A stretch of 64,000 nt of DNA from Acidimicrobiia bacterium (GTDB lineage: Bacteria; Actinomycetota; Acidimicrobiia; Spongiisociales; JAENVV01): the NCBI GenBank assembly GCA_041628225.1, contig JBFKPQ010000002.1:824-64823 (forward strand). The letters run 5' to 3'. Shown piece after piece: positions 1 to 8,806 of this stretch. Each line of letters starts with the position of its first letter. Position 1 is the first letter of the stretch. A program made the translations under genes and the position numbers. The notes under the pieces were generated by a model that was not told where the DNA came from, ran no database searches, and was given only the letters and a program-made list of their open reading frames with translations.

Positions 1-850
1 GAAGGACCGACAGGCCATCATCTTCCGTTCCGGCGTCGACCTTTCTGCCGACGTCCTCGACCAGTCGAGCGATCTCGAACTTCTGGTCCGAGCCGGATCG
101 GGTTTCGACAACGTCGACCTCGCCTACGCCCGGAGGCGCGGCCTTAGGGCAATGCGGGTGCCAGGACCCTCGGCGCAGGCGGTGGCCGAACTCACCTTCG
201 GGCTGATGCTGGCCGTCGCCCGGAAGATCGTCGAAGCCGATCGTGCTGTCCGGCAGGGGTCCTGGCCGAAGCACCAATTGGGCGGACCGCTGCTGGCCGG
301 AAAGACGCTGGGCGTGGTTGGAGCCGGAAATATCGGCGGCCGCGTCGGCGAGCTGGGTGTGGCCTGGGGCATGCGAGTCCTCGGCTGTGTCGAAGAGGTC
401 CACCGTCGGGCGCAGACGGCGGCCATGGCCGAGCGCGGCATCGAGCTCTTGACCGCCGAGCAGGTCATCTCCGAGGCGGACATCGTCACCATCCACACTC
501 CGCTGACCGACGCAACCCGCGACTGGTTCGACCGATCGACGCTGGCGACCTTGCGACCTTCGGCCATCCTCATCAACACGGCGCGCGGCGGCATCGTCGA
601 CGAGGTGGCCTTGTTCGACGCCCTGGCCTCCGGACGGCTCGCGGGAGCCGCACTCGACGTGCACCAGCGGGAGGGCGAGGGCATCATCCCGAAACTCGCC
701 GAGCTCCCGAACGTGGTGCTCACGCCCCACATCGGGGGTATGGCTCTCGAGTCGCAAACCATGATCGGCGAGCGGATCGAGGAGATGTTGGATGCCTACG
801 AACGCGGACGCTTCGACGAAGCCGTCCTCCCGAACGAATTGCTGGTGTGA
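1..850 (+). CDS. D-isomer-specific 2-hydroxyacid dehydrogenase (phosphoglycerate-dehydrogenase-like), 5'-truncated by window edge
   Basis: Frame-2 translation from nt 2 is continuous (..RSGVDLSADVLDQSSDLELLVRAGSGFDNVDLAYARRRGL..) into ORF 152..850. Rossmann motif GVVGAGNIGGRVGELG and the catalytic-domain block LTPHIGG are present. Its stop overlaps the next start (ATGA at 847-850). Confidence 0.85.
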   Translation, partial: KDRQAIIFRSGVDLSADVLDQSSDLELLVRAGSGFDNVDLAYARRRGLRAMRVPGPSAQAVAELTFGLMLAVARKIVEADRAVRQGSWPKHQLGGPLLAGKTLGVVGAGNIGGRVGELGVAWGMRVLGCVEEVHRRAQTAAMAERGIELLTAEQVISEADIVTIHTPLTDATRDWFDRSTLATLRPSAILINTARGGIVDEVALFDALASGRLAGAALDVHQREGEGIIPKLAELPNVVLTPHIGGMALESQTMIGERIEEMLDAYERGRFDEAVLPNELLV

Positions 851-1746
851 CCATGGCCACTGCCGAACACAAACGACACGCCCTCCGCGCCGGCCTCGCG
901 GCCGATCGACCGATGGTGATCGTCGGAGCGCATGACGCCTTGTCTGCCCATCTCATCACCCGCGCCGGATTCGACGGCGTCTGGGTGAGCGGCTTCGGCG
1001 TATCGACCATGACGTACGCGATGCCCGACCTCAATCTCGTCACGATGACGGAGGCTCTCGACGCGGCCCGTCGCATCGACGCCGCCACGCCTCTGCCGGT
1101 GGTGGCGGACTGCGACAACGGGTTCGGCGGCCTCAACAACGTCGTCCGAACCGTGCAGGACTACGAGCGGGGCGGCATTGCCGGCATCTGCATCGAGGAC
1201 AACCTGTTCCCGAAGCGCAACAGCCTGCTCGGCTCGGACATCCGGCGCGAGTTGCTCCCGGTCTCAGAACAGGCGCGACGAATCGCAGCCGGGAAGGCGG
1301 GTCAGGTCACCGACGACTTCGTCGTGATCGCCCGCGTCGAAGCCCTCATCGCAGGCCACGGCGTCGACGAGGCGATCGTTCGGGCCAACGCCTATGCCGA
1401 CGCGGGAGCCGACGCGGTGCTCATCCACTCGCGCGACAAGACGCTCGGCGAGATCGAAGCGTTTCTCGCCGCCTGGGAAGGTGACGTGCCGCTGGTCGTC
1501 GTTCCGACGCTTTTTCCGACCTTCACGCCAGAGGAGCTGTACGGCAAGGGCATACAACTCGTCATCCTCGCCAACCAGCCGATGCGGGCCGCCGTCAAGG
1601 CCATGGAGGACACGCTGGCACTCCTCGCCGAACACCGTGTGGCCTCCGCCGTGGACCCGCACATCGCGTCGGTCGGGCACGTCTTCGACCTCGTGGGAAC
1701 CCGCGAGATGATCCAACGCGAAGCCGCCTACGGCGAAGACGGCTGA
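847..1746 (+). CDS. PEP mutase/isocitrate lyase superfamily enzyme, closely PepM-like (phosphoenolpyruvate phosphomutase homolog) with EDNLFPKRNS instead of the EDKxxxxxNS motif
   Basis: Strong block similarity to Mytilus PEP mutase as recalled: VADCDNGFGGLNNVVRTV, GICIEDNLFPKRNSLL, IARVEALIAGHGVDEAIVRANAYADAGADAVLIHS, VVPT. Translationally coupled to the upstream dehydrogenase. Confidence 0.85.
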   Translation: MTMATAEHKRHALRAGLAADRPMVIVGAHDALSAHLITRAGFDGVWVSGFGVSTMTYAMPDLNLVTMTEALDAARRIDAATPLPVVADCDNGFGGLNNVVRTVQDYERGGIAGICIEDNLFPKRNSLLGSDIRRELLPVSEQARRIAAGKAGQVTDDFVVIARVEALIAGHGVDEAIVRANAYADAGADAVLIHSRDKTLGEIEAFLAAWEGDVPLVVVPTLFPTFTPEELYGKGIQLVILANQPMRAAVKAMEDTLALLAEHRVASAVDPHIASVGHVFDLVGTREMIQREAAYGEDG

Positions 1747-1747
1747 C

Positions 1748-2938
1748 GTGGGGGCCGCTCCCGGCGTCGCGAATCCGGCCGTTGTCATCGGCCTGGGGAA
1801 CCTCGTCGGATTGCAGACCGTTCGTGTGCTGGCCGCACGCGACGTTCCCGTCTACGGCATCGCCGACCATGCCGGTCAGCCGTTCTCCCGGACGCGCCTG
1901 TGCCGAGAGGTGGTGTTCGTCGACACGGCGAGCTCAGCACTCATCGATGCGCTCGAAGACCTCGGTCGGCGCTTGCCGGCCAGGGCGGTGCTCTATCCGT
2001 GTGACGACGTCACGGTGCTCGCCGTGTCCGCGGCGCGGGGTCGCCTCGAGCCCTGGTACCACCTTTCCCTGCCGGATCACGACGTGCTCGAGACCTTGAT
2101 GGACAAGGCGCGCTTCCACGCTTGGGCGACCGAGCAAGGCCTGCCCGTTCCGGTGGGTCGGGTGGTGGCCGACCGGGACGATGTCGGGTCGGCGGCCGCG
2201 TTGCTGAGGTTCCCGGTGGTGATGAAACCAGACCATCGGGGCGAGCGGTGGTTCGCGAACACGGCTGAGAAGGCCATACGCGCCGAGACGCCTGCGGAAC
2301 TCCTGGCCGCCTACGAACGCGTCAGAACCTGGGCGGACGGCTTCACCGTGCACGAATGGATCGAAGGAGGCGAGGATGCCCTGTTCTCGTGCAACGCCTA
2401 TTTCGATCGGCTCGGTCAGCCTCTCGTCACGTTCGTGGCCCGGAAGGTCAGGCAATGGCCGCCGCGCACCGGCCGCAGCTCGCTGGGCGTCGAGGTGCGG
2501 AACGACGAGGTGCTGCGAACGGCCATCGAGCTGTTCCAGAAAGCCGGGATGGTCGGGTTGGCGTACCTCGAGATGAAACGGGACGCGCGGACCGGAGAAC
2601 ACATCATCGTCGAACCGAATGTCGGGCGGCCGACCGGCCGATCGGCCATCGCCGAGGCAGGCGGTGTGGAGCTCGTCTACACGATGTATCGGGATGTGCT
2701 TGGCCTGCCCTTGCCAGACAACCGCCAGCAATCGTACGGCTCGGCGAAGTGGATCTACCTGCGTTGGGATCTCCAGTCGGCGTACCGGGACTGGAGAGAT
2801 GGACGCTTGGGTGTCGGCAGTTGGCTGGCGTCGCTGCGAGGTCCCAAATGGTACGCAATCTGGTCCTGGCGCGACCCCATGCCGTTCGTGGCCGACGTCT
2901 GGCAGGTCATCCGGAAAAGCGCGAGGCGATCGCCGTGA
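1748..2938 (+). CDS. ATP-grasp superfamily carboligase (COG3919-like)
   Basis: Pre-ATP-grasp Rossmann start VVIGLGNLVGLQTVRVL, and ATP-grasp core FPVVMKPDHRGERWF...EWIEGGED...LAYLEMKRDARTGEHIIVEPNVGRP. GTG start 1 nt after the upstream stop. Confidence 0.8.
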   Translation: MGAAPGVANPAVVIGLGNLVGLQTVRVLAARDVPVYGIADHAGQPFSRTRLCREVVFVDTASSALIDALEDLGRRLPARAVLYPCDDVTVLAVSAARGRLEPWYHLSLPDHDVLETLMDKARFHAWATEQGLPVPVGRVVADRDDVGSAAALLRFPVVMKPDHRGERWFANTAEKAIRAETPAELLAAYERVRTWADGFTVHEWIEGGEDALFSCNAYFDRLGQPLVTFVARKVRQWPPRTGRSSLGVEVRNDEVLRTAIELFQKAGMVGLAYLEMKRDARTGEHIIVEPNVGRPTGRSAIAEAGGVELVYTMYRDVLGLPLPDNRQQSYGSAKWIYLRWDLQSAYRDWRDGRLGVGSWLASLRGPKWYAIWSWRDPMPFVADVWQVIRKSARRSP

Positions 2939-4077
2939 ACCGTGTGACCGGCCGATTGGTAGACAACCTGTCCGACCTGGAGCCGGTGCGTGCCGACTGG
3001 GACCGGTTGGCGATAGCGGTCGGTCAACCGTATGCGGCGCCTGCCTGGATGTGGCCCTGGTGGGTCCACAAGGCCGCATCCGACTGGCTCTTGCGGGTGG
3101 TGCTGGTCTTCGACGGTGACGAGCTGATCGGCGTGGCTCCCTTCTTTGTCGACAAGAACGCGTTGGGACGGCCCCGCTTTCGGCTCGTGGGCGCGGTCAC
3201 CACGTCACGGGTGGACGTGCTCAGCGCCTCGGGAAGAGACCGCGAGGTGGCCCGGGTGGTGGCGGAAGTGCTCGGTGCTTCCGATCCGGCGCCCGGAACG
3301 ATTCGCTTCGACGGGATCCCGGCCCGCTCCACCTTCCCGCGCCTGCTGGCCGACAGCTGGCAAGGGCGAGCTCCACAACTGTCCGATCGACACTCGTCTC
3401 CGGCCCCGATCGTGACGCTCGACGCCGATTCGTTCGAGAGCTGGATGGCGTCCAAGAGCAGCAACTTCCGCCAGCAGATGCGCCGGCATGCCCGCAAGAT
3501 CGCCGCCGAGGGGGGCGAGTTCCGCCTGGCGACGGTCGCAACCCTCGAAGATGACCTGCGCTCGTTCGCTCGTCTGCACCATCAGCGATGGGACCGCCGC
3601 GGTGGGTCCAGCGTCCTCGACGCTGGGACGGTTCGCATGTTGACCGACGCCGGGAACCACCTCATTCCATCCGGCCGATTCCTCCTCTGGATGCTCGACA
3701 TCGACGGTCGTGCGGTGAGCAGCCAGATCTTCCTCCAGGCAGGCCGGCAGATCTCCTACTGGCTCGGCGGGTTCGACGACGAAGTGGCCCACCTGAAACC
3801 GTCGATCATCACCATCTATCGGGTCGTCGAAGAAGCCTTTGGCAGCGGAGCCACCGCGGTCGAACTGGGTTCGGGCGGTCAGCCCTATAAGTATCGGTTT
3901 GCCGACGCCACCGAGAGCTTGCGCTGGACCTACCTCTCGTTCGGTCCCGCCGAGCGAGCGGTGGCTGCCGCCGAGATCGCTCCTATGCAGATGCGCGGCA
4001 TACTGGCGGAGCGGTTGTCGGCAGACGTGAAGCGCAAGCTGCGCCGCGCCTATGGGACGGTCCGGCGCGGGGTTTGA
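2935..4077 (+). CDS. FemAB-like GNAT acyltransferase (Acetyltransf_6/BioF2-like, CelD-type)
   Basis: GTG at 2935 overlaps the ATP-grasp stop (GTGA). Family-typical C-terminal region NFRQQMRRHARKIAAEGGEFRL...HQRW...YWLGGFDDE...AVELGSGGQPYKYRFAD. The long upstream part of ORF 2356..4077 is rejected as an out-of-frame overlap. Confidence 0.75.
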   Translation: MNRVTGRLVDNLSDLEPVRADWDRLAIAVGQPYAAPAWMWPWWVHKAASDWLLRVVLVFDGDELIGVAPFFVDKNALGRPRFRLVGAVTTSRVDVLSASGRDREVARVVAEVLGASDPAPGTIRFDGIPARSTFPRLLADSWQGRAPQLSDRHSSPAPIVTLDADSFESWMASKSSNFRQQMRRHARKIAAEGGEFRLATVATLEDDLRSFARLHHQRWDRRGGSSVLDAGTVRMLTDAGNHLIPSGRFLLWMLDIDGRAVSSQIFLQAGRQISYWLGGFDDEVAHLKPSIITIYRVVEEAFGSGATAVELGSGGQPYKYRFADATESLRWTYLSFGPAERAVAAAEIAPMQMRGILAERLSADVKRKLRRAYGTVRRGV

Positions 4078-4115
4078 GCACCGGTACCATGAGGTATTCC
4101 TCGAGAGATCACCTC

Positions 4116-7100
4116 ATGACCACGTCCGAACTCACCGAAGGCTTCGGCCCCAACATCTGGCTCGTCGACGAGATGTATCGGAAGTACGTCGATGCGCCGA
4201 ACTCGGTCTCCGAGGCGTGGCGTGAGTTCTTCGCCGATTACACGCCCGGACTGCCGTCGGCGACCATCCGGTCCGAAGCGCCCGCTCCATCTTCGGCGGC
4301 AGCACCAGTTCCGCCCGACGGTGGCGCCGAATCATCTCTCCCGCCCGGCGCCGAGCCGCTCCGTGGTGTCGCGGCGCGCATCGCCGAGCGCATGGACGAC
4401 AGCCTCACCGTGCCGACGGCCACCTCGGTACGAACCATCCCGGCGAAGTTGCTCGAGGTCAACCGACGCATCTTGAACAACCAGCTTCGGCGCCTCATCC
4501 ATGGCGGCAAGGTGAGCTTCACGCACCTGATCGGCTGGGCCGTCGTCAGAGCGATCGCCGAGCAACCGGAGATGAACGTCGCCTACGGCGAGTTCGATGG
4601 GAAGCCCCATCTCATCCGCCACGGCCACGTGCATCTCGGGATCGCCATCGACGTGGCCCGAAAGGACGGTTCTCGCAGCCTGCTGGTGCCGAACATCAAG
4701 GGCGCCGATCAGTTGGACTTCCAGCAGTTCTGGCTGGCCTATGAGGACGTGGTGCAGCGGGTTCGCTCGAACCAGATCAGCCCGGAGGACTTCGCGGGCA
4801 CGACCGTGACGCTGACGAATCCCGGCACGATCGGGACCGTCCAGTCGGTCCCGCGCCTCATGGACGACCACGGGCTGATCGTGGGCGTGGGTGCCATCGG
4901 CTATCCGCCCGAATACTCGGCGTCCGATCCCCGGTTCCTCGCACGCATGGGTATCGGGCGGGTCATCACCTTGACGTCCACCTACGACCATCGCGTCATC
5001 CAAGGTGCCGGATCGGGGATGTTCTTGGCACGCATCCACGAACTCCTGTTGGGCGCCGACGGCTTTTACGACGAGATCTTCCGGTTCATGGGTGTTCCGT
5101 ATACGCCCGCCCGATGGGCGGCCGACGACAACCCGCCCGTCGGATCGCCCGAGTGGGCGGAGAAGCAGGCCCGGGTCTTCCGACTCATCAACATGTATCG
5201 AGTCCGCGGCCATCTCATCGCCGACCTCGATCCGCTCCGCCAGTCCGGCCCGGCCCTCCATCCCGAACTCGACCCGCTCACCTACGGGCTCACGATTTGG
5301 GACCTCGATCGCGAATTCGCCACGGGCGGATTGCTCGGTCGCCCGACCATGGCGCTCGGTGACATCTTGGGAACGCTCCGTGACGCGTATTGCCGGGCCA
5401 TCGGCATCGAGTACATGCACATCCAAGAGCCCGAGCAGAAGGCGTGGATTCAGGAACGGGTCGAGGGTCCGCAGCCCGGCCTGTCACGGGAAACCCGCCT
5501 CCGGCTGCTCCGCAAGCTGAATGAAGCGGAGGCGTTCGAACGGTTCCTCCACACCAAATACGTCGGGCACAAGCGGTTTGGCCTCGAAGGCGCCGAGAGC
5601 CTGATCCCGCTCCTCGACACGTTGCTCAATGCGGCCGTCGAGGACGAGATGGACGAGGCCGTCATCGGCATGGCCCACCGGGGACGCCTCAACGTGCTGG
5701 CCAACATCATCGGCAAGTCATACGCCCGGATCTTCCGGGAGTTCGACGACGTGGCCGTTGAACAGACCCAGGGCTCTGGAGACGTCAAGTATCACCTCGG
5801 CTCGACCGGAACCCACGTGACGCCGTCCGGCAAGGAGCTGGCGGTCGCGGTCGCCGCCAATCCTTCGCATCTCGAGGCCGTCGATCCGGTGCTCGAGGGC
5901 ATCGTCCGGGCCAAGCAGGAGCGGCGCGGAAAGGTCGGACACCATCAGGTCCTTCCGGTGCTGCTGCATGGCGATGCGGCTTTCGCCGGGCAAGGCGTGG
6001 TCGTCGAGACGCTCAATCTCTCCCAGCTGCGGGGCTATCGGACGGGGGGAACCGTCCACATCGTCATCAACAACCAGGTGGGATTCACGACGTCGACCGT
6101 CGACGCCCGATCATCGTTCTACGCAACCGACGTCGCCAAGACGGTGCAGGCGCCGATCATCCATGTCAACGGCGACGATCCCGAAGCCGTTGCCAAGGCC
6201 ACCATTCTGGCGTTCGCCTTCCGGCAGGCCTTCAACAAGGACGTCGTGATCGATCTCATCTGCTACCGGCGCCGCGGCCACAACGAGGGCGACGAGCCGT
6301 CGTACACCCAGCCGCTGATGTACCGGATCATCGACCAACGCCGCTCCGTGCGGAAGCTGTACATGGAGAAGCTCGTCAACACGAAGGAGATCTCGATCGA
6401 CGAGGGCGAGCAGTTGCTGGACGAATACCGGGCGATCCTCGACCGAGCCTTTTCCGAGACGGACGGCCTCACTCCGTCCGTGCTCGACGCCCCCACGCCG
6501 GCGGCCGCCGAAGGTGTCGTCGAGACGGCCGTTCCCGCCGATCGGCTGGAACGCATCGTGCAGGCGATCTCGACGCCACCGGATGGCTTCACGTTGCATC
6601 CGAAGCTGGTGAGGACCGTCGAGATGCGCAAGACGCTCTTCGAGCGGGGGGAGGTCGACTGGGGACTCGCCGAGGCGCTGGCGTTGGGGGCAACCGCCCT
6701 GGAAGGCCATTGGGTTCGCGTGGCCGGCGAGGATTCGCGGCGTGGCACGTTCAGCCATCGACATGCGGCCCTGGTCGACTACGAGACGGGCCAGTCGTGG
6801 GTAGCCCTCCAGGAGCTGGCCGAGGGAACCGCCCGGGTTCGAATCGTCGACTCGCTCCTCTCCGAGTTCGCCGCCGTCGGGTTCGAGTACGGCTATTCGA
6901 TCGAGATGCCGGAGGCACTCACGATCTGGGAGGCCCAGTTCGGCGACTTTGTCAACGGAGCGCAGGTGATCATCGACCAGTTCATCGCCGCCGGTGAGGA
7001 CAAGTGGGGTCAGACCAGCAATCTCGTGATGCTGCTGCCCCATGGGTTCGAAGGGCAAGGGCCCGAGCATTCGTCGGCGCGGATCGAACGATTCCTCCAA

Positions 7101-7655
7101 TCGGCCGCCGAGGACAACATGCGGATCGTCGTGCCTTCGACGGCCGCATCCTATTTCCATGCGCTGCGCCGGCAGGTGAAGTCCCGTGTCGCCAAGCCGC
7201 TGATCGCTTTCACCCCCAAGAGCCTCCTCCGGACGCGTGCCTCCTACTCGGAGCGGATCACGCTCACCGACGGGAGATTCGAAGCGGTCATCCCGGCTGC
7301 AGAGCCGGCCGAGCCGCGACGTGTCGTGTTCTGCAGCGGCAAGTTCTTCTATGACCTCGCCGACGCCCGAACCGACGAGAGTGTCGCGTTGGTTCGGATC
7401 GAGCAGCTCTACCCGTTCCCGGTGACCGAGGTGGCCGAGGTGCTGGCTGCGGCGCCCTCCGACGCCGAGATCATGTGGGCACAGGAGGAACCGTCCAACA
7501 TGGGCGCATGGACCTTCGTGCGTCCTCGGCTCGCCGATCTGGCCGGCCGGCAGATCCGCTTGGTGGCGCGGGCCGAATCGGCGAGTCCCGCGACGGGCAG
7601 CCACCGCTTGCATGACCTCGAGCAGGGCGATCTCGTCGACGAGGTGTTCGGCTAG
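4116..7655 (+). CDS. kgd: multifunctional 2-oxoglutarate dehydrogenase E1 component with fused succinyltransferase-like domain (actinobacterial Kgd/OdhA type)
   Basis: N-terminus MTTSELTEGFGPNIWLVDEMYRKYVDAPNSVSEAWREFFADY matches the mycobacterial Kgd start. An E2-like catalytic region (DHRVIQGAGSGMFL) is followed by the TPP-dependent E1 domains. About 1180 aa. Start at 4116 preferred over the TTG at 4074. Confidence 0.9.
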   Translation: MTTSELTEGFGPNIWLVDEMYRKYVDAPNSVSEAWREFFADYTPGLPSATIRSEAPAPSSAAAPVPPDGGAESSLPPGAEPLRGVAARIAERMDDSLTVPTATSVRTIPAKLLEVNRRILNNQLRRLIHGGKVSFTHLIGWAVVRAIAEQPEMNVAYGEFDGKPHLIRHGHVHLGIAIDVARKDGSRSLLVPNIKGADQLDFQQFWLAYEDVVQRVRSNQISPEDFAGTTVTLTNPGTIGTVQSVPRLMDDHGLIVGVGAIGYPPEYSASDPRFLARMGIGRVITLTSTYDHRVIQGAGSGMFLARIHELLLGADGFYDEIFRFMGVPYTPARWAADDNPPVGSPEWAEKQARVFRLINMYRVRGHLIADLDPLRQSGPALHPELDPLTYGLTIWDLDREFATGGLLGRPTMALGDILGTLRDAYCRAIGIEYMHIQEPEQKAWIQERVEGPQPGLSRETRLRLLRKLNEAEAFERFLHTKYVGHKRFGLEGAESLIPLLDTLLNAAVEDEMDEAVIGMAHRGRLNVLANIIGKSYARIFREFDDVAVEQTQGSGDVKYHLGSTGTHVTPSGKELAVAVAANPSHLEAVDPVLEGIVRAKQERRGKVGHHQVLPVLLHGDAAFAGQGVVVETLNLSQLRGYRTGGTVHIVINNQVGFTTSTVDARSSFYATDVAKTVQAPIIHVNGDDPEAVAKATILAFAFRQAFNKDVVIDLICYRRRGHNEGDEPSYTQPLMYRIIDQRRSVRKLYMEKLVNTKEISIDEGEQLLDEYRAILDRAFSETDGLTPSVLDAPTPAAAEGVVETAVPADRLERIVQAISTPPDGFTLHPKLVRTVEMRKTLFERGEVDWGLAEALALGATALEGHWVRVAGEDSRRGTFSHRHAALVDYETGQSWVALQELAEGTARVRIVDSLLSEFAAVGFEYGYSIEMPEALTIWEAQFGDFVNGAQVIIDQFIAAGEDKWGQTSNLVMLLPHGFEGQGPEHSSARIERFLQSAAEDNMRIVVPSTAASYFHALRRQVKSRVAKPLIAFTPKSLLRTRASYSERITLTDGRFEAVIPAAEPAEPRRVVFCSGKFFYDLADARTDESVALVRIEQLYPFPVTEVAEVLAAAPSDAEIMWAQEEPSNMGAWTFVRPRLADLAGRQIRLVARAESASPATGSHRLHDLEQGDLVDEVFG

Positions 7656-8527
7656 AGCCGAGGTGGTGGGAGGTACTTGGCCTTCTTGAACCCTCCGGAC
7701 CGTTTGGGTCGCAGCACCCACGTCGAGCCCTTCTTGGCTTCGAACGGCCTCGCCAGCACCGTCCCTCGACGAGCCAGGAGATCCATGGTTTCGGTGATCA
7801 CATCACCGTGCGTGCAGATGGCGGCGCGGACATCCGAGAGCGACTCGATCAGCCCGAGGGTGAACCGCGGGTCGGCTCCCTCGGCAAGGGCTTCGTGGTA
7901 CTCGATCTCGACGCCGATCGCCGCCGAGAGGGGTTCGAGCGTCTGCCAGCAACGTGTGTACGGGCTGGACAGCAGCCGAACCAGGCCGTCGTCGGCGAAC
8001 TCCTCGCGCAGCAGCTGAGCCTGGACGCGGCCTTCGGGTGAGAGCGGACGCGTCCGGTCGTCGCCCGTCCAGGTGCGGCGGATGCCCGCCTCGGCATGCC
8101 GGATGATGAGAGTCTTCGGCTTGGGCAGCCACCATTGGTCGGGCAATCCGGCCATGAACTCCCGGTCCCGTTCGTAGGTCAGGTGCTTCAGCGCCTTCTT
8201 TGGGGTGAGCCACGCGACTTCGTCGACTTCCGAGTTCTTCCGGAACGTCCCGGCGGTTGCCTCCATCGCCCAGTAGTGGACGACCTTCGGGTACCCGCGC
8301 GTCGTCTCGTAGTCGATGGCTCCCAGTGCCGGGCCGAGCCGGCACACGTAGCCGGTCTCTTCGGCGACCTCGCGGCGAGCGGCTCGACGGGGCGTCTCGC
8401 CCGGATCCACTTTGCCTTTCGGGAAGGACCAGTCGTCGTACCCGGGACGGTGCGCGAGCAGGACTTCGACGCGTCCTTCATTCCGCCAGACGATTCCTCC
8501 GGCCGCAACGATGTTCTTCTTGGCCAA
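7652..8527 (-). CDS. bifunctional NUDIX hydrolase / histidine phosphatase (MutT1-like)
   Basis: N-terminal Nudix box GKVDPGETPRRAARREVAEETG. C-terminal histidine phosphatase RHAEAG...SSPYTRCWQTL...THGDVI. Convergent with kgd, with overlapping stops. Confidence 0.8.
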   Translation of the reverse strand: MAKKNIVAAGGIVWRNEGRVEVLLAHRPGYDDWSFPKGKVDPGETPRRAARREVAEETGYVCRLGPALGAIDYETTRGYPKVVHYWAMEATAGTFRKNSEVDEVAWLTPKKALKHLTYERDREFMAGLPDQWWLPKPKTLIIRHAEAGIRRTWTGDDRTRPLSPEGRVQAQLLREEFADDGLVRLLSSPYTRCWQTLEPLSAAIGVEIEYHEALAEGADPRFTLGLIESLSDVRAAICTHGDVITETMDLLARRGTVLARPFEAKKGSTWVLRPKRSGGFKKAKYLPPPRL

Positions 8528-8530
8528 CGG

Positions 8531-8707
8531 CTACTCCCATAGCGACCTGCGTCGGAGGACCTTGGCGTCCGTGGGACGCTCCTCGCGCAAGTCGATGATG
8601 ATATCGCCGCAGCGACGACATGCCGTCCGCACGATGCCACCGCCGACCGCCACGGGGGGTTTGAAGTCGTGCACCGTGCAGGACCGGCGGTTGCGGAGAC
8701 GCGACAT
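8531..8707 (-). CDS. small zinc-ribbon-like protein (C-x2-H...C-x2-C), hypothetical
   Basis: MSRLRNRRSCTVHDFKPPVAVGGGIVRTACRRCGDIIIDLREERP. Sits 3 nt upstream of the MutT1-like gene on the same strand. The start could instead be 8773. Confidence 0.4.
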   Translation of the reverse strand: MSRLRNRRSCTVHDFKPPVAVGGGIVRTACRRCGDIIIDLREERPTDAKVLRRRSLWE

Positions 8708-8806
8708 GAGTCTGCGGCGCTGCCGGTGGCGGCCGCCTGGTCGTCTGTCGCGCGCGTCGGGTCGCTCGGTCATCGGGTCGGCGCTCCAGCGTAGTGCACG
8801 CAGGTC

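Noticed and set aside
2356-2934. N-terminal 190 codons of ORF 2356..4077
   Set aside because: It overlaps the ATP-grasp gene in another frame. A GTG at 2935 with a GTGA stop overlap gives a FemAB-like protein of normal length.
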